Origin: an uncultured Candidatus Berkelbacteria bacterium
Lineage (GTDB): Bacteria > Patescibacteriota > UBA1384 > UBA12157
DNA: 64,000 bases
Direction of reading: 5' to 3'
Assembly: GCA_903877885.1 (NCBI GenBank)
Contig: CAIRFN010000011.1
Coordinates: forward strand, 9,281-73,280
How positions within the stretch are numbered: position 1 is the first letter of the stretch; each line of letters starts with the position of its first letter. Made by a program: the position numbers and the translations under genes. Below are positions 19,950 through 29,687 of the stretch, piece by piece. Under the pieces are notes generated by a model. That model saw only the letters and a program-made list of their open reading frames with translations. It did not search any database and had not been told where the DNA came from.

Positions 19950-19967
19950 ACTAAAGTAAAGTATTAT
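19939..19967 (+). promoter_or_regulatory. Sigma-70-like promoter with 5-bp repeats in the spacer
   Basis: TTGCAA-N17-TATTAT; the spacer contains TAAAC-TAAAG-TAAAG. Confidence 0.5.
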
Positions 19968-19983
19968 AATAACAGAGGTAATA

Positions 19984-21951
19984 ATGGAAAATAACGAAGA
20001 ATTTTACACATCACAGGAAATTGCCGATAAATTGAAGATCAATATAATGACCGTTTATAGACATATTAATTCTGGTAAATTGAAGGCTATAAAAACAGGT
20101 AAAGATTTCAGGGTTCTCAAGTCCGATTTTGAGGACTATTTACAGAGTAATCAGCAAAGAAATGTTCTTGAAGAAAAAGACAATAAAATTCTTTTTTTAG
20201 AAAAAACGATTGCAAAACTTAAAAATAACATCAAAAAAGAAAGATACGGGTTGAATTGGTTTGATGTCCCTGAGGCCTTCGAGGATGATGTCGAGCATAA
20301 ACTTCCAATATTAAAGGAAGACCAAAAAATGGCGATTGGAACTGAAGATGACCAACCAACTCATATACTTATCGAGGGTGATAATTACCACGCACTCACT
20401 TGCTTAAATTATACTCACAAGGAAAAGATTGATATTGTTTACATCGATCCACCGTATAATACTGGCTCGGATGGATTCAGATACAAGGACAAGAGGATAT
20501 TGGATAAATTTCCCGATGGAACTGATGTACCCGTTGATCATCCATTTAGACAATCTTACTGGCTGTCTTTTATGAAAAAAAGATTGGATTTGACATACGA
20601 TTTAATGAAAAAAGATGGTCTATTAGCTGTCTCTATCGATGACAACGAATATGCCCAATTAAAACTATTATTAGCAGAAAAATTCGGCGACTCAATCAAG
20701 ACAATTGTAGTGAAAATGAGCGAAGCCTCTGGTCTGAAGATGGCCTCTATTAAAAAATCTGGCGGTATACCCAAATATAAAGAGTACTTACTCCTAGCGA
20801 TGAAGGATGGAATTAGAAACCTATCATTCGACTTTATCCCTAAAGAAATTTGGGATAATGAGTATAATCTTATACTTGAAAATTTTTCCTATAACGACTA
20901 CCAGGAATATCTTAATATATTAGATAACAATAATCTCGCTCCTAAAACCGCAACCGAACATCTTGATGAAATTTTCCAAAATGTAAAGATTGGCTCTCTA
21001 GCGGCCACCTTAAAGTCATTAGAAATTCCAAAAAATGAATTATCTAAATGGCTTACAGATAATAGTTGGCGAATTTGCCGCAGCGCAGCTTCTAGTTCAG
21101 TTAAGAGACTCGCTGATGTCAAAAGGATGGATAGTAAACAACAGATTTTTTCTGTAAATTCTGTAAGAGATAATATCCTCTATCTTGTCAAAGGCGACTA
21201 TGACGATGATTCAGCAAGTCCTCGTGTACAATTACTCCTCGCAATCGATAATTTAAGTGTACATCCAGGCGACCTATGGACAGACATAAAAACTACTGGT
21301 CTTGAGGCAGAGGGTGGTGTAGAGTTTAAAAATGGTAAAAAACCATTAGCTCTGTTAAAAAGAATTATATCAAGCATTAACGATAAAAACGCCGTTATAC
21401 TAGATTTTTTTGCTGGTTCTGGGACAACTGGCGAAGCAGTAATGGAGCTGAATCATAAAGATAAAGGAAGAAGACAATTTATTCTAGTTACTAATAACGA
21501 GGGTGGCATTATGACTGAAGTATGCCATCCAAGAATGGTTAATTCTGTCAAAAAGTATAATGGCTCAATAAAATATTATAAGACTGCCTTTGTTGGGGAA
21601 AATAACATTTTAAATTCAACTGACCAGGATAAGCTAGAGTTAGCCTATAATGCTGGTGAGCTCTTGGCAATTGCAGAAAATACTCTTTACGAACAAAAGA
21701 AAAATGAATTTTACCAAATATTTAAAGATAATAATCGCTACACTGCAATATATTTTAGGGAAGAAATGGATAAATACGATGAATTTATTCAGGAAGTTAA
21801 AAAATTAAAAGCTGACGAAATATCCGTTTATATCTTTAGCTGGGAATCTGATGAAACAATATACGAATTTGAAGATATGAAAAATATTAGAATAAAAACA
21901 ATTCCTCAACCAATAGTAGAAATTTATAAGCAAATATATAATTTGGTATAA
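19984..21951 (+). CDS. mod: Type III restriction-modification Mod methyltransferase with an N-terminal excisionase-like HTH
   Basis: FYTSQEIADKLKINIMTVYRHINSGKLKAIKTGKDFRV (HTH_17/Xis-like); IEGDNYHAL, YIDPPYNTG, GKKPLALLKRII, LDFFAGSGTTG. Confidence 0.9.
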   Translation: MENNEEFYTSQEIADKLKINIMTVYRHINSGKLKAIKTGKDFRVLKSDFEDYLQSNQQRNVLEEKDNKILFLEKTIAKLKNNIKKERYGLNWFDVPEAFEDDVEHKLPILKEDQKMAIGTEDDQPTHILIEGDNYHALTCLNYTHKEKIDIVYIDPPYNTGSDGFRYKDKRILDKFPDGTDVPVDHPFRQSYWLSFMKKRLDLTYDLMKKDGLLAVSIDDNEYAQLKLLLAEKFGDSIKTIVVKMSEASGLKMASIKKSGGIPKYKEYLLLAMKDGIRNLSFDFIPKEIWDNEYNLILENFSYNDYQEYLNILDNNNLAPKTATEHLDEIFQNVKIGSLAATLKSLEIPKNELSKWLTDNSWRICRSAASSSVKRLADVKRMDSKQQIFSVNSVRDNILYLVKGDYDDDSASPRVQLLLAIDNLSVHPGDLWTDIKTTGLEAEGGVEFKNGKKPLALLKRIISSINDKNAVILDFFAGSGTTGEAVMELNHKDKGRRQFILVTNNEGGIMTEVCHPRMVNSVKKYNGSIKYYKTAFVGENNILNSTDQDKLELAYNAGELLAIAENTLYEQKKNEFYQIFKDNNRYTAIYFREEMDKYDEFIQEVKKLKADEISVYIFSWESDETIYEFEDMKNIRIKTIPQPIVEIYKQIYNLV

Positions 21952-21953
21952 AA

Positions 21954-24332
21954 ATGAAGCAATTTAACCCATTAGAATTTCAAAAAGAGACCATAGATAA
22001 ATTATCGAAAGTTTTTGTTGAGACTTGGAAAAAAGGTGGCAAAAAACTCCCCATTGTTTTGAAAGCCCCTACTGGTAGCGGTAAAACTTTTATGGTTGCT
22101 AATTTTATCAGAGGTTTAAATCATTTACCCCAATGGCAAGAAGATAAAGCGTTTATCTGGATTACTTTTAGCGATGATCTTGCTATGCAAAGTAAAGACA
22201 AATTTGCCGAATACTTTGAGAACAATTTAGAGAACAATTTAGTTACTGTCGATGATATAAACAGAAGAAAGCTATTTAACAATGATATTATCTTTCTAAA
22301 TTGGCAAAAAATAGTTTCAAAAAGTGCCGAGACTCGGGTATTAAGGAGACCAGAAGATGAAATAATGCGAAAAGAAAGAGGGGCTTATTGGGAAGACTTT
22401 ATTGACGGAACTCAAAACGATAATCGTGAAATAATTCTCATTATTGACGAAGCTCATAAGAATAAAGGTACAATTCTTGCAAAAGAGATTATTGACTATA
22501 TAGATCCAAAAATCATTTTACATATTACTGCTACACCAGATAAAGAAGATGAACTTGAAGCCTACAGAATGGGTTCAATGGTTGAGGTTAATCGTCCGCA
22601 GGTAGTAGAACAAGGTCTTATCAAAGAAAAAATCGTGGTTCAGACAGAAGAAGATTTATTGAGCCACAAAGGGCAAGATCTTGATAAAGTATTACTTGAT
22701 TTAGGTGTTAAGCGGAGAGAAGAATTAAAGAAAGAATTTAAAGAACTTGGCAAAGATGTAAACCCTTTAATGTTGATCCAGCTACCAAACGATGACAACA
22801 AATTGATTGAAATGGCCAAAGAAACAAAAGAATCGGTTGTAAGTGATTACCTAAAAGAAATTGGAATACCTGATAAAAAAATTGCCAAATGGTTTGATGG
22901 TAGACAAGAGAATATGGAGTTAATAACTGAAAACGATAGTGACACCGACTATATGCTCTTTAAGCAGGCGGCTGGAACTGGTTGGGACTGTCCTCGTGCT
23001 TCCGTTCTCGTAATGTTCAGAGAGATTAAATCTGATAAATTTTACACTCAAACAGTTGGCAGAATACTCAGAATGCCAGAACCAGAGCTTAAAGAAGACT
23101 ACAAAAATAATGAAAATTTAAGAATTGGCTATCTTTACACGAACTATAAGAGGAATCAAGTTGAATTGCCTGATCAATCAGGCAATAATAAGCCATATAT
23201 TCATTTCTCATATCCGAAAGAAGGTGTTAAGAACATAGAGCTACAATCCGAATATATTTCAAGAGTTGATTATGGGGATATTCCAAAATCCTTTAAATTT
23301 CAGCAAAGCTTTATCAAATCAATAAACAAATATTTTGATATAACGGATAACGATATACTTGGGAAAGCCCAAAAAAAATTAGAAAACCAAAAAATAGATC
23401 TTGACGGTAATCTAACCAATAAGATTATCGTTAATGCCGAGTTTAAAGATTTCGATCAATTGAACTACGAATTTAACAAAGAAGGTAGCGATCTTGAAAT
23501 GGAAATGTCTACTAATGACGTTGAAAAAACGTTTAATTATATTTGCTATCAATTACTACAAGAACAGGAAAATAATGAAGCAAAATACACCAATATCGCA
23601 AGGTCTTGGAGTACTCTAAAATCCGCTATAAGAATTTGGTTAAAGAAAACCATTAACGAAGATAGTGATTATTTCTATCGGGTATTCGTTAAAGATATTA
23701 ATAAAGGGGCTTCTAGCAAGTTTAGACCAGCAATAACGAAAGCTTTGATTGATTTTAAGCCGATAGCAAAACAAATAATTGATGAAAAAAAGATTTTGCA
23801 CGAGCAAAAAGAAGCTCCTTTGTTTAAAATCCAAGATGAATATTCATTTACTGAAGACTATACGGATGAAGATCAGAAGCTATGTGTTCTGGATAAGTTT
23901 TATATCTTAATAGATGATTACAAGGGCAAAAAAAATGAGCTTGATTTCAAAAATTATATAGATAGTCTGGATAATTCTATTACTTGGTGGTTTAAAAATG
24001 GTGATTATGGGAAAATATATTACGCCTTAAAATATATGGACTCCGTTGATCAGAAAGAGGCTCTTTTCTATCCAGATTGGATAATCTATTTCAAGGATGG
24101 CAGAATCGGTATATTTGATACAAAAGATGACGAGACTGCTAAATCTCAAGAAACTAAAGATAAGGCCGTTGCGCTTTCTGAAAAAATAAAAGCTCTTGGC
24201 AACAAATATGTTGGTGGTATCATAGTGAAGAGTTCTGGGGTTTGGTATTTTAATGATTCGGTTAATTATGAGTTTGTAAAAGGAAAAATTGAACAAGATA
24301 AAAATTGGAAAAAATTTGAAGGAATATTATGA
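21954..24332 (+). CDS. res: Type III restriction enzyme Res subunit
   Basis: APTGSGKT, IIDEAH, TATP, GWDCPRA, QTVGRILR; C-terminal nuclease FYPDW..IFDTK. Confidence 0.9.
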   Translation: MKQFNPLEFQKETIDKLSKVFVETWKKGGKKLPIVLKAPTGSGKTFMVANFIRGLNHLPQWQEDKAFIWITFSDDLAMQSKDKFAEYFENNLENNLVTVDDINRRKLFNNDIIFLNWQKIVSKSAETRVLRRPEDEIMRKERGAYWEDFIDGTQNDNREIILIIDEAHKNKGTILAKEIIDYIDPKIILHITATPDKEDELEAYRMGSMVEVNRPQVVEQGLIKEKIVVQTEEDLLSHKGQDLDKVLLDLGVKRREELKKEFKELGKDVNPLMLIQLPNDDNKLIEMAKETKESVVSDYLKEIGIPDKKIAKWFDGRQENMELITENDSDTDYMLFKQAAGTGWDCPRASVLVMFREIKSDKFYTQTVGRILRMPEPELKEDYKNNENLRIGYLYTNYKRNQVELPDQSGNNKPYIHFSYPKEGVKNIELQSEYISRVDYGDIPKSFKFQQSFIKSINKYFDITDNDILGKAQKKLENQKIDLDGNLTNKIIVNAEFKDFDQLNYEFNKEGSDLEMEMSTNDVEKTFNYICYQLLQEQENNEAKYTNIARSWSTLKSAIRIWLKKTINEDSDYFYRVFVKDINKGASSKFRPAITKALIDFKPIAKQIIDEKKILHEQKEAPLFKIQDEYSFTEDYTDEDQKLCVLDKFYILIDDYKGKKNELDFKNYIDSLDNSITWWFKNGDYGKIYYALKYMDSVDQKEALFYPDWIIYFKDGRIGIFDTKDDETAKSQETKDKAVALSEKIKALGNKYVGGIIVKSSGVWYFNDSVNYEFVKGKIEQDKNWKKFEGIL

Positions 24333-25831
24333 AAGCGGTAATTCTTGCCAGGGTTTCGACCAAAGAGCAAGAAGATCAGGGTCATTCTTTACCCGCTCAG
24401 ATAAGAAAGCTTGAAGAATATGCGGAAAAGCATAATTTTGAGGTAGTTGAAACGTTCTCTTTCTCGGAAAGTGCTGGCAGTAAAATCAGAAAAAAGTTTG
24501 AAGAGGTTCTTAAGTACTTGAAGCAAAATAAAAGCGTCAAGGTTCTTTTATGCGAGAATGTGGACCGATTAACTAGAAACTTTAAAGACGCTGTCGATAT
24601 AGACGAAATGCGTAAAAATAACGGTCTAGAGGTCCATTTTGTTCAAGATGGCTTCTTTTTAAATGCCAAAGCCACAGGCAATCAAATGTTTATGTGGGAA
24701 GCAAAGGTCTTTATTGCCAAACAATACTTGAACAGATTATCTGATGATGTGAATAGGTCTATAGATCAAAAGCTTAGAAATGGCGAATGGCCGACGAAAG
24801 CCCCAATCGGCTACCTGAACGAAACATTAGAAGACGGCAAAAAAGATATATTGCCCGATAGTACTAGAAGGCGTTATATCAAAAAGGCTTTTGAATTATT
24901 CGCTACTGGCAGTTATAGCGTGCCGAAAATCGCTCAAATTCTTGAAGCCGATGGTTTAAGAAATAATAACCCTCAAAAATCGGTTGTGCCTTATAGCCAG
25001 ATGGATATAATCCTGAAGAATCCATTTTATTACGGCGAAATGATTTATAAAGATCAGATCTGGCCCCACCATTACGAACCAATAATCGAGAAATGGCTAT
25101 TTGAAAAATGCAATTCGGTCCGAAATGGTCGGTCCAATACTCTAATTAAATACGCCAGCAAGCCTTTTGTTTTTCGAGGGCTGATCAGATGTGGCGAATG
25201 TGGCTGTATGATCGGTAAAGACCCGAAGAAAGGTTTTAATTATTGTGTTTGTAATCAATTTAAGGGTAAGCATAAAACAGAAATAGTACTTGAAGAAGAC
25301 CTTATTGAGCAAGTTAAAGACGTTTTTCGTAAAATCAGAGTACCTATGGACGTACTTCAGGATCTAAAATTATCATTGGAAAATAACCTTAAGGCCGAGC
25401 AAGAATTTTATGAAACTTCAATTGATCAGTTCAGGAAAGAATACGACGAAAACAAACGAATATTAAAGAAATCTTACCTCGACAATGCCAGAGGGCGTAT
25501 TACAGACGACCAATATGATGAAATCTTCGAAGAAATATCAGCCAGACAAAGCTTCTTAGACAACCAAATGCAAAGGCATACAGAGGGCAACAAAGCGTTT
25601 CTTATGGCCTGTACATACCTTATCAAGCTAACAAACAAAGCACTAGAAATATTTGAAAGTTCGAAACCAGAACAAAAAAGACAACTCATCACCTTCATAC
25701 TTTCGAACTTGAAATTAGAAGGCAAAAAGCTGTCTTTTACTCTGAACGAGCCCTTCGACGCCATCGTCGAATACTCTCAATCAGTAACAAAGCTCCCCGG
25801 GCCCGATTCGAACGGGCGACCGTCTCCTTAA
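24329..25831 (+). CDS. Large serine recombinase (resolvase + recombinase + zinc ribbon)
   Basis: ARVSTKEQ catalytic Ser, DRLTRN, APIGY, ILKNPFYYG, CGECG; the last 13 codons overlap tRNA-Asn antisense. Confidence 0.95.
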   Translation: MKAVILARVSTKEQEDQGHSLPAQIRKLEEYAEKHNFEVVETFSFSESAGSKIRKKFEEVLKYLKQNKSVKVLLCENVDRLTRNFKDAVDIDEMRKNNGLEVHFVQDGFFLNAKATGNQMFMWEAKVFIAKQYLNRLSDDVNRSIDQKLRNGEWPTKAPIGYLNETLEDGKKDILPDSTRRRYIKKAFELFATGSYSVPKIAQILEADGLRNNNPQKSVVPYSQMDIILKNPFYYGEMIYKDQIWPHHYEPIIEKWLFEKCNSVRNGRSNTLIKYASKPFVFRGLIRCGECGCMIGKDPKKGFNYCVCNQFKGKHKTEIVLEEDLIEQVKDVFRKIRVPMDVLQDLKLSLENNLKAEQEFYETSIDQFRKEYDENKRILKKSYLDNARGRITDDQYDEIFEEISARQSFLDNQMQRHTEGNKAFLMACTYLIKLTNKALEIFESSKPEQKRQLITFILSNLKLEGKKLSFTLNEPFDAIVEYSQSVTKLPGPDSNGRPSP

Positions 25832-25864
25832 CAGGGAGTCGCTCTACCGCTGAGCTACCGGGGA
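25793..25864 (-). tRNA. tRNA-Asn(GTT), CCA not encoded
   Basis: TCCCCGG TA GCTC AGCGGTA GAGC G ACTCC CT GTT AA GGAGA CGGTC GCCCG TTCGAAT CGGGC CCGGGGA G cloverleaf. Confidence 0.95.
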
Positions 25865-25889
25865 GCTTTATCACCAATTGATTTTAAAA

Positions 25890-25946
25890 CGCTGAGCTAT
25901 GACGCTTAGCGTCTGGTTTTGACGCTTAGCGTCTGGATACCGGGGA
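25890..25946 (-). repeat. tRNA-Asn 5' fragment split by a tandem 17-bp palindromic repeat
   Basis: CGCTGAGCTA [TGACGCTTAGCGTCTGG at 25900 and 25920] ATACCGGGGA. Confidence 0.75.
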
Positions 25947-26096
25947 ATACTATCTAAAACTATTTTACCAAAAAATCGTCTTGATTGCAACTATTTAGCT
26001 CCAACCATATATTACCACCTCCAAGGTGGTAACGCGGTTAATTTGATTTAAAAAAGCTCCCGGAAGGGAGCAAGTGAAAAGACAAATAATCGAATG

Positions 26097-26924
26097 TTAG
26101 GTTTTAAGATCAGAGAGATTGATGGTTTGATAGTTTTTTTGTTTTAAGATTTCCAGTAATTTTGGCAACATAATCAAAGTGTTTTTCTTTTCGTGCATCA
26201 AAATGACGACACCGGGTTTAAGTCTTGCCGAAATATAATTCAGGGTTTGCTCTGGCGGCGGACCATTCTTGCCGCGCCAATCTTTCGGATCAATATCCCA
26301 AATAATGACTTTGTGACCCAAACTTTCGGCCACGGTGTCAGATCGCGAATTATGGGCGCCGTAAGGTGGGCGGAAAAAGAGCGGTTTGTGGCCAATCGCG
26401 CCAGTTAAAATTCGATCGGTTTGACAAATTTCCGATCGGTCTTTAGCTGATGAGCAGCTGGCGAAATTGGCGTGAGTAAAACTATGATTGCCGATTTCAA
26501 AACCGGCTTTGGCCAAAGCTTTAATCGAATCGGTTTGATAGGCTGCTTGTTGACCGATAAAAAAGAAAGTGGCGGTGGCGTGATATTGTTTCAGAATTTC
26601 CAAAGCTCTCTGATCGAAAAACTTTTGTGGTCCGTCATCAATCGTAATGGCGACCACACGAGTATTTTTCGGTTCGGGCTTTGACGGTTGTTTAACTTTG
26701 ATTGGTGCCAACAAACTTTTTTTCCAATTTTGATATTGATGGAATTCAACAGATTGGTCAAACCAAAAAGTTGGGGGATTTATCGAAACTGAAATTTTTG
26801 TTTTAATGACGCAGGTTTGAATTATCTGATTTTTACTATTTAAATCGGCATTAAAAGTCGGCATTGAGGCGAAAAAAGTTAATCCTAAAACTAGCAACCA
26901 TTTCATTGGATTTCTCCTTCTCAA
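26097..26924 (-). CDS. Polysaccharide deacetylase (NodB/CE4)
   Basis: VAITIDDGP, ATFF, EIGNHSFTH, FRPPYG, DPKDW, ILMHE; N-terminal signal or anchor. Confidence 0.93.
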   Translation of the reverse strand: MRRRNPMKWLLVLGLTFFASMPTFNADLNSKNQIIQTCVIKTKISVSINPPTFWFDQSVEFHQYQNWKKSLLAPIKVKQPSKPEPKNTRVVAITIDDGPQKFFDQRALEILKQYHATATFFFIGQQAAYQTDSIKALAKAGFEIGNHSFTHANFASCSSAKDRSEICQTDRILTGAIGHKPLFFRPPYGAHNSRSDTVAESLGHKVIIWDIDPKDWRGKNGPPPEQTLNYISARLKPGVVILMHEKKNTLIMLPKLLEILKQKNYQTINLSDLKT

Positions 26925-27044
26925 ACAAATTTTTCAGGAACAGTAATATCAAAATTATAACTTTAACTCATCAATTTCCAAAATTGTCAATAAAAAAATC
27001 GCCTGACCAATTGGTTCGGCGATTTTTTATTTTTTGAGAATTTG

Positions 27045-27410
27045 CTAAGCTTTTACAGCGCTCTTAATACCAGATTTTAAACCATCATAGACAGGGGTGA
27101 TGGAATTAAAATCAGTTCTAACTGTTGCCCAGTCGGTGGCATTTTGAATATCAGTTTTCATTTGGTTCATAATAGTAATATCGTTATTAACAATATTAAT
27201 TAAGAACGATTTGCGGTCAGTAGTGATATTCTTTTTGGCATTGATAATAGTAATTTCTTTATTAAACCAACTTATTTCGGCGTTAATTTTATTGACACCA
27301 CTAGTTTTTTTGGCTGCAATCTGATTAGTATTAGCAGTCGAGGCAAAAGCAATTGCCGGAATTAACACGGCTGCGATTGCGATAGTAACGATTAAAAGTC
27401 TTGTTTTCAT
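27045..27410 (-). CDS. Secreted helical protein
   Basis: Signal peptide MKTRLLIVTIAIAAVLIPAIAFA; RBS AAGGAG. Confidence 0.7.
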   Translation of the reverse strand: MKTRLLIVTIAIAAVLIPAIAFASTANTNQIAAKKTSGVNKINAEISWFNKEITIINAKKNITTDRKSFLINIVNNDITIMNQMKTDIQNATDWATVRTDFNSITPVYDGLKSGIKSAVKA

Positions 27411-27529
27411 TTTTACTCCTTTTTAATTATTTTTAATGCATCGACCGAGGCATTTGTTTTTATACTCTTATATTAACACATTTTTTATTTTTGTACTAAA
27501 AAAGGGCCGGTTAAGGCCCAGTAAAATAT

Positions 27530-28417
27530 TTACCAGTCATGGAAAAATGGTAAACATTTGATTAAGTTAGTTTTAGAATTGTAACTGAAAATTACTGTAG
27601 ATTGCTCCATACCATCAATAGCAATATTTAAGCTGATAAAACTCCAAATAATAGGAGTTCGCTTCACAAATTCAATATTGAAGCTTTTAAAATAATATGG
27701 ATTTAGTTTGATAAATTTCAGTAATTTGATCCGACTCTCGTCATCCATTTGTTGTAAAATTTTTGTTAAATCATCTTTGTTTATTAATGCTTTTTTAAAT
27801 TCAATAATAAAATGGTTTAGTAGTGGTGAAAAATCTTGTTGAGGAATTTTGCTTAAGAATTCAGGATCGATTTTAATTACAATATCTTTTTTAATACAAA
27901 CATGGCGATTCTTCCAAAATTCTTGATGGTAACTTAACTGATCATCACTAATCCAATGAGCGAGGGTGATATCATTGCAATTTATTTTTTGATTAGCTAA
28001 TTGGCCGTCGATCCAATAAATGATTTTTTTAATCGGATCAAAAATACCGATCATACCGACATAGGTAAGAGATTGATTTTCATCCTCTTGGTTAATTTTC
28101 TCATTCGTATTTAAATTAGAAAAATATATTAATAATAAGCCATTTTTTGACCAGGCAAGACTTAATGCCTGTCCATAACCTTGACCAACACTTTCACTGG
28201 TGGCAGAATCTGGATTTAAAGGGTACGGCCATGTGATTTGTTCAAAGGTTTTGTTGTAGTCGTAACTAACAAAAACCTGTTGACCACTGTCATTAAGTCC
28301 TTGGTCAAGTTTTACACTTATCCGGCCGTCTTTCGGTGACACAAGAATGGTTGGATTGGCCATGATTGGCAAGGTCAGCCATAAACTAACCAATAGCAGA
28401 ATTGTTAAGTTGCGCAT
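27530..28417 (-). CDS. Secreted hypothetical protein
   Basis: Signal peptide; RBS AAGGAGG; terminator-like AAAAAGGGCC-ggttaa-GGCCC downstream. Confidence 0.6.
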   Translation of the reverse strand: MRNLTILLLVSLWLTLPIMANPTILVSPKDGRISVKLDQGLNDSGQQVFVSYDYNKTFEQITWPYPLNPDSATSESVGQGYGQALSLAWSKNGLLLIYFSNLNTNEKINQEDENQSLTYVGMIGIFDPIKKIIYWIDGQLANQKINCNDITLAHWISDDQLSYHQEFWKNRHVCIKKDIVIKIDPEFLSKIPQQDFSPLLNHFIIEFKKALINKDDLTKILQQMDDESRIKLLKFIKLNPYYFKSFNIEFVKRTPIIWSFISLNIAIDGMEQSTVIFSYNSKTNLIKCLPFFHDW

Positions 28418-28522
28418 TGAACTAACCTCCTTAGAAAGTACTCATATTTTAAAGCATAATTAGGAAATTGTCAATTAAAAAAGCGATTGACAAACAATCG
28501 CTAGATAGATAGACGAACTAAA

Positions 28523-29203
28523 TCATTCCGGAGAATATTCCTTGGCCTCATTGATTTGCTCAATGGTAATAATATTGTCACGGAGTGAATCATAGAGTTT
28601 CTGAAGGTTTGGTAAATGCGCGTCGCAAGCGGCGATTCGGACTTGAACCTTATCGGGAGCTGATCGGCGGTAAACTGGCCGTGCGCCGCGACCAACCATT
28701 TTAACAATCCTGTGAGCGGCGTCTACACACTGGACTTTGGCAATGATGGCATTAAGGGAAGCGCGGCCAATGCCATCGCGATCTTTGGTGCCACAAATGA
28801 AGCAGGGGCAGACGTCGAAGTAAAATCGACTGGCGGCATGAAAGAATTCGCCGCCGGTTTCCGGTCGAAGATCCGGATTGTCGTAACAGGGCGTGTCACT
28901 GCGCGGATGGGCTTGGAGATTCGGGTAGTAATAACTTCCGTCAAGGTAACGAAAGTTGAGAGAAGAAATCTTTACTCCATCAACTAAAATGCAACAAATT
29001 TTTTCACAATCCTTATTAGTACAGCGCCAACCGACGGTTCCGTGATCTGATTGAATAATATAACCAGAGTGATAACCACAATGCGGGCAACCGTAAAGGT
29101 GGTGATCAGAAGCGGAAACAGCAATGACTGTTTGCTCGGGTTTTATTCCTGTAGTCATGAAATTCTCCTTCGGAATAGATTGTTCAAGGAACATATTTAT
29201 CAT
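28523..29203 (-). CDS. Cys-rich (zinc-ribbon) hypothetical protein
   Basis: CPHCG, CTNKDC and CFICG; likely start MTTGIK after AAGGAG. Confidence 0.55.
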   Translation of the reverse strand: MINMFLEQSIPKENFMTTGIKPEQTVIAVSASDHHLYGCPHCGYHSGYIIQSDHGTVGWRCTNKDCEKICCILVDGVKISSLNFRYLDGSYYYPNLQAHPRSDTPCYDNPDLRPETGGEFFHAASRFYFDVCPCFICGTKDRDGIGRASLNAIIAKVQCVDAAHRIVKMVGRGARPVYRRSAPDKVQVRIAACDAHLPNLQKLYDSLRDNIITIEQINEAKEYSPE

Positions 29204-29223
29204 TTTATATTATTTTAAGGTTA

Positions 29224-29330
29224 TTTTCAATAGGTTGAATACCCCGTCGGCACTGCCGCGGGAATGAAAACCTATGGAAACAAACTTTTCCGGTAGGAAT
29301 ACCTCGTCAGCTTTGCAGCGAGGTAGTTTA
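29224..29330. repeat. Paired palindromic REP-like unit
   Basis: ATACCCCGTCGGCACTGCCGCGGGAAT and ATACCTCGTCAGCTTTGCAGCGAGGTAG; the first is enclosed by ATAGGTT/AACCTAT. Confidence 0.6.
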
Positions 29331-29687
29331 TTTTCAAGCCTTTGTATTTCGTCAAATAAAAATCGAATGATTTTTCAATCATATTTGTCTATTCAAATTG
29401 TAAATTGTTTGCCATAATGTAAACATCCCCCAAAACTCGTTTTAGTTCGGGGCGTGTTGCTGGTGTTTACAAAGAACACAATTTTTAGTTGATGCTTGAT
29501 ATCAATTTTGATATTTGTATCAGTTAATTTGTGATTATTCTTTGGCACAAAAAGGCGATTTAGCTAAGCTATTTAATTGTTTTAGTTAAATTTAAAAAAG
29601 CTGTGAGATATCAGTAATTTTTAGAGATTGCCAAAAAATGGCACTTGACAAATATTTTCATATTTGCTTATTTGGTGTACTTAAAAG

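Larger units (their letters stand above)
15852..25797. mobile_element. ~9.9-kb integrative element inserted at the tRNA-Asn 3' end
   Basis: Core CAAAGCTCCC at 15852-15861 and 25788-25797 within a 22/30-identical direct repeat; carries a large serine recombinase, a Rep-like gene, SpoVG and Type III RM. Confidence 0.88.

Noticed and set aside
25900-25936. Possible CRISPR array
   Set aside because: Only two 17-bp units with a 3-bp gap, no spacers and no cas genes; no CRISPR array was seen anywhere in the window.
26097-29203. Integron cassette array of co-oriented single genes
   Set aside because: The intergenic hairpins are ordinary terminators with A/T tracts; no attC-like ends or integron integrase were found.
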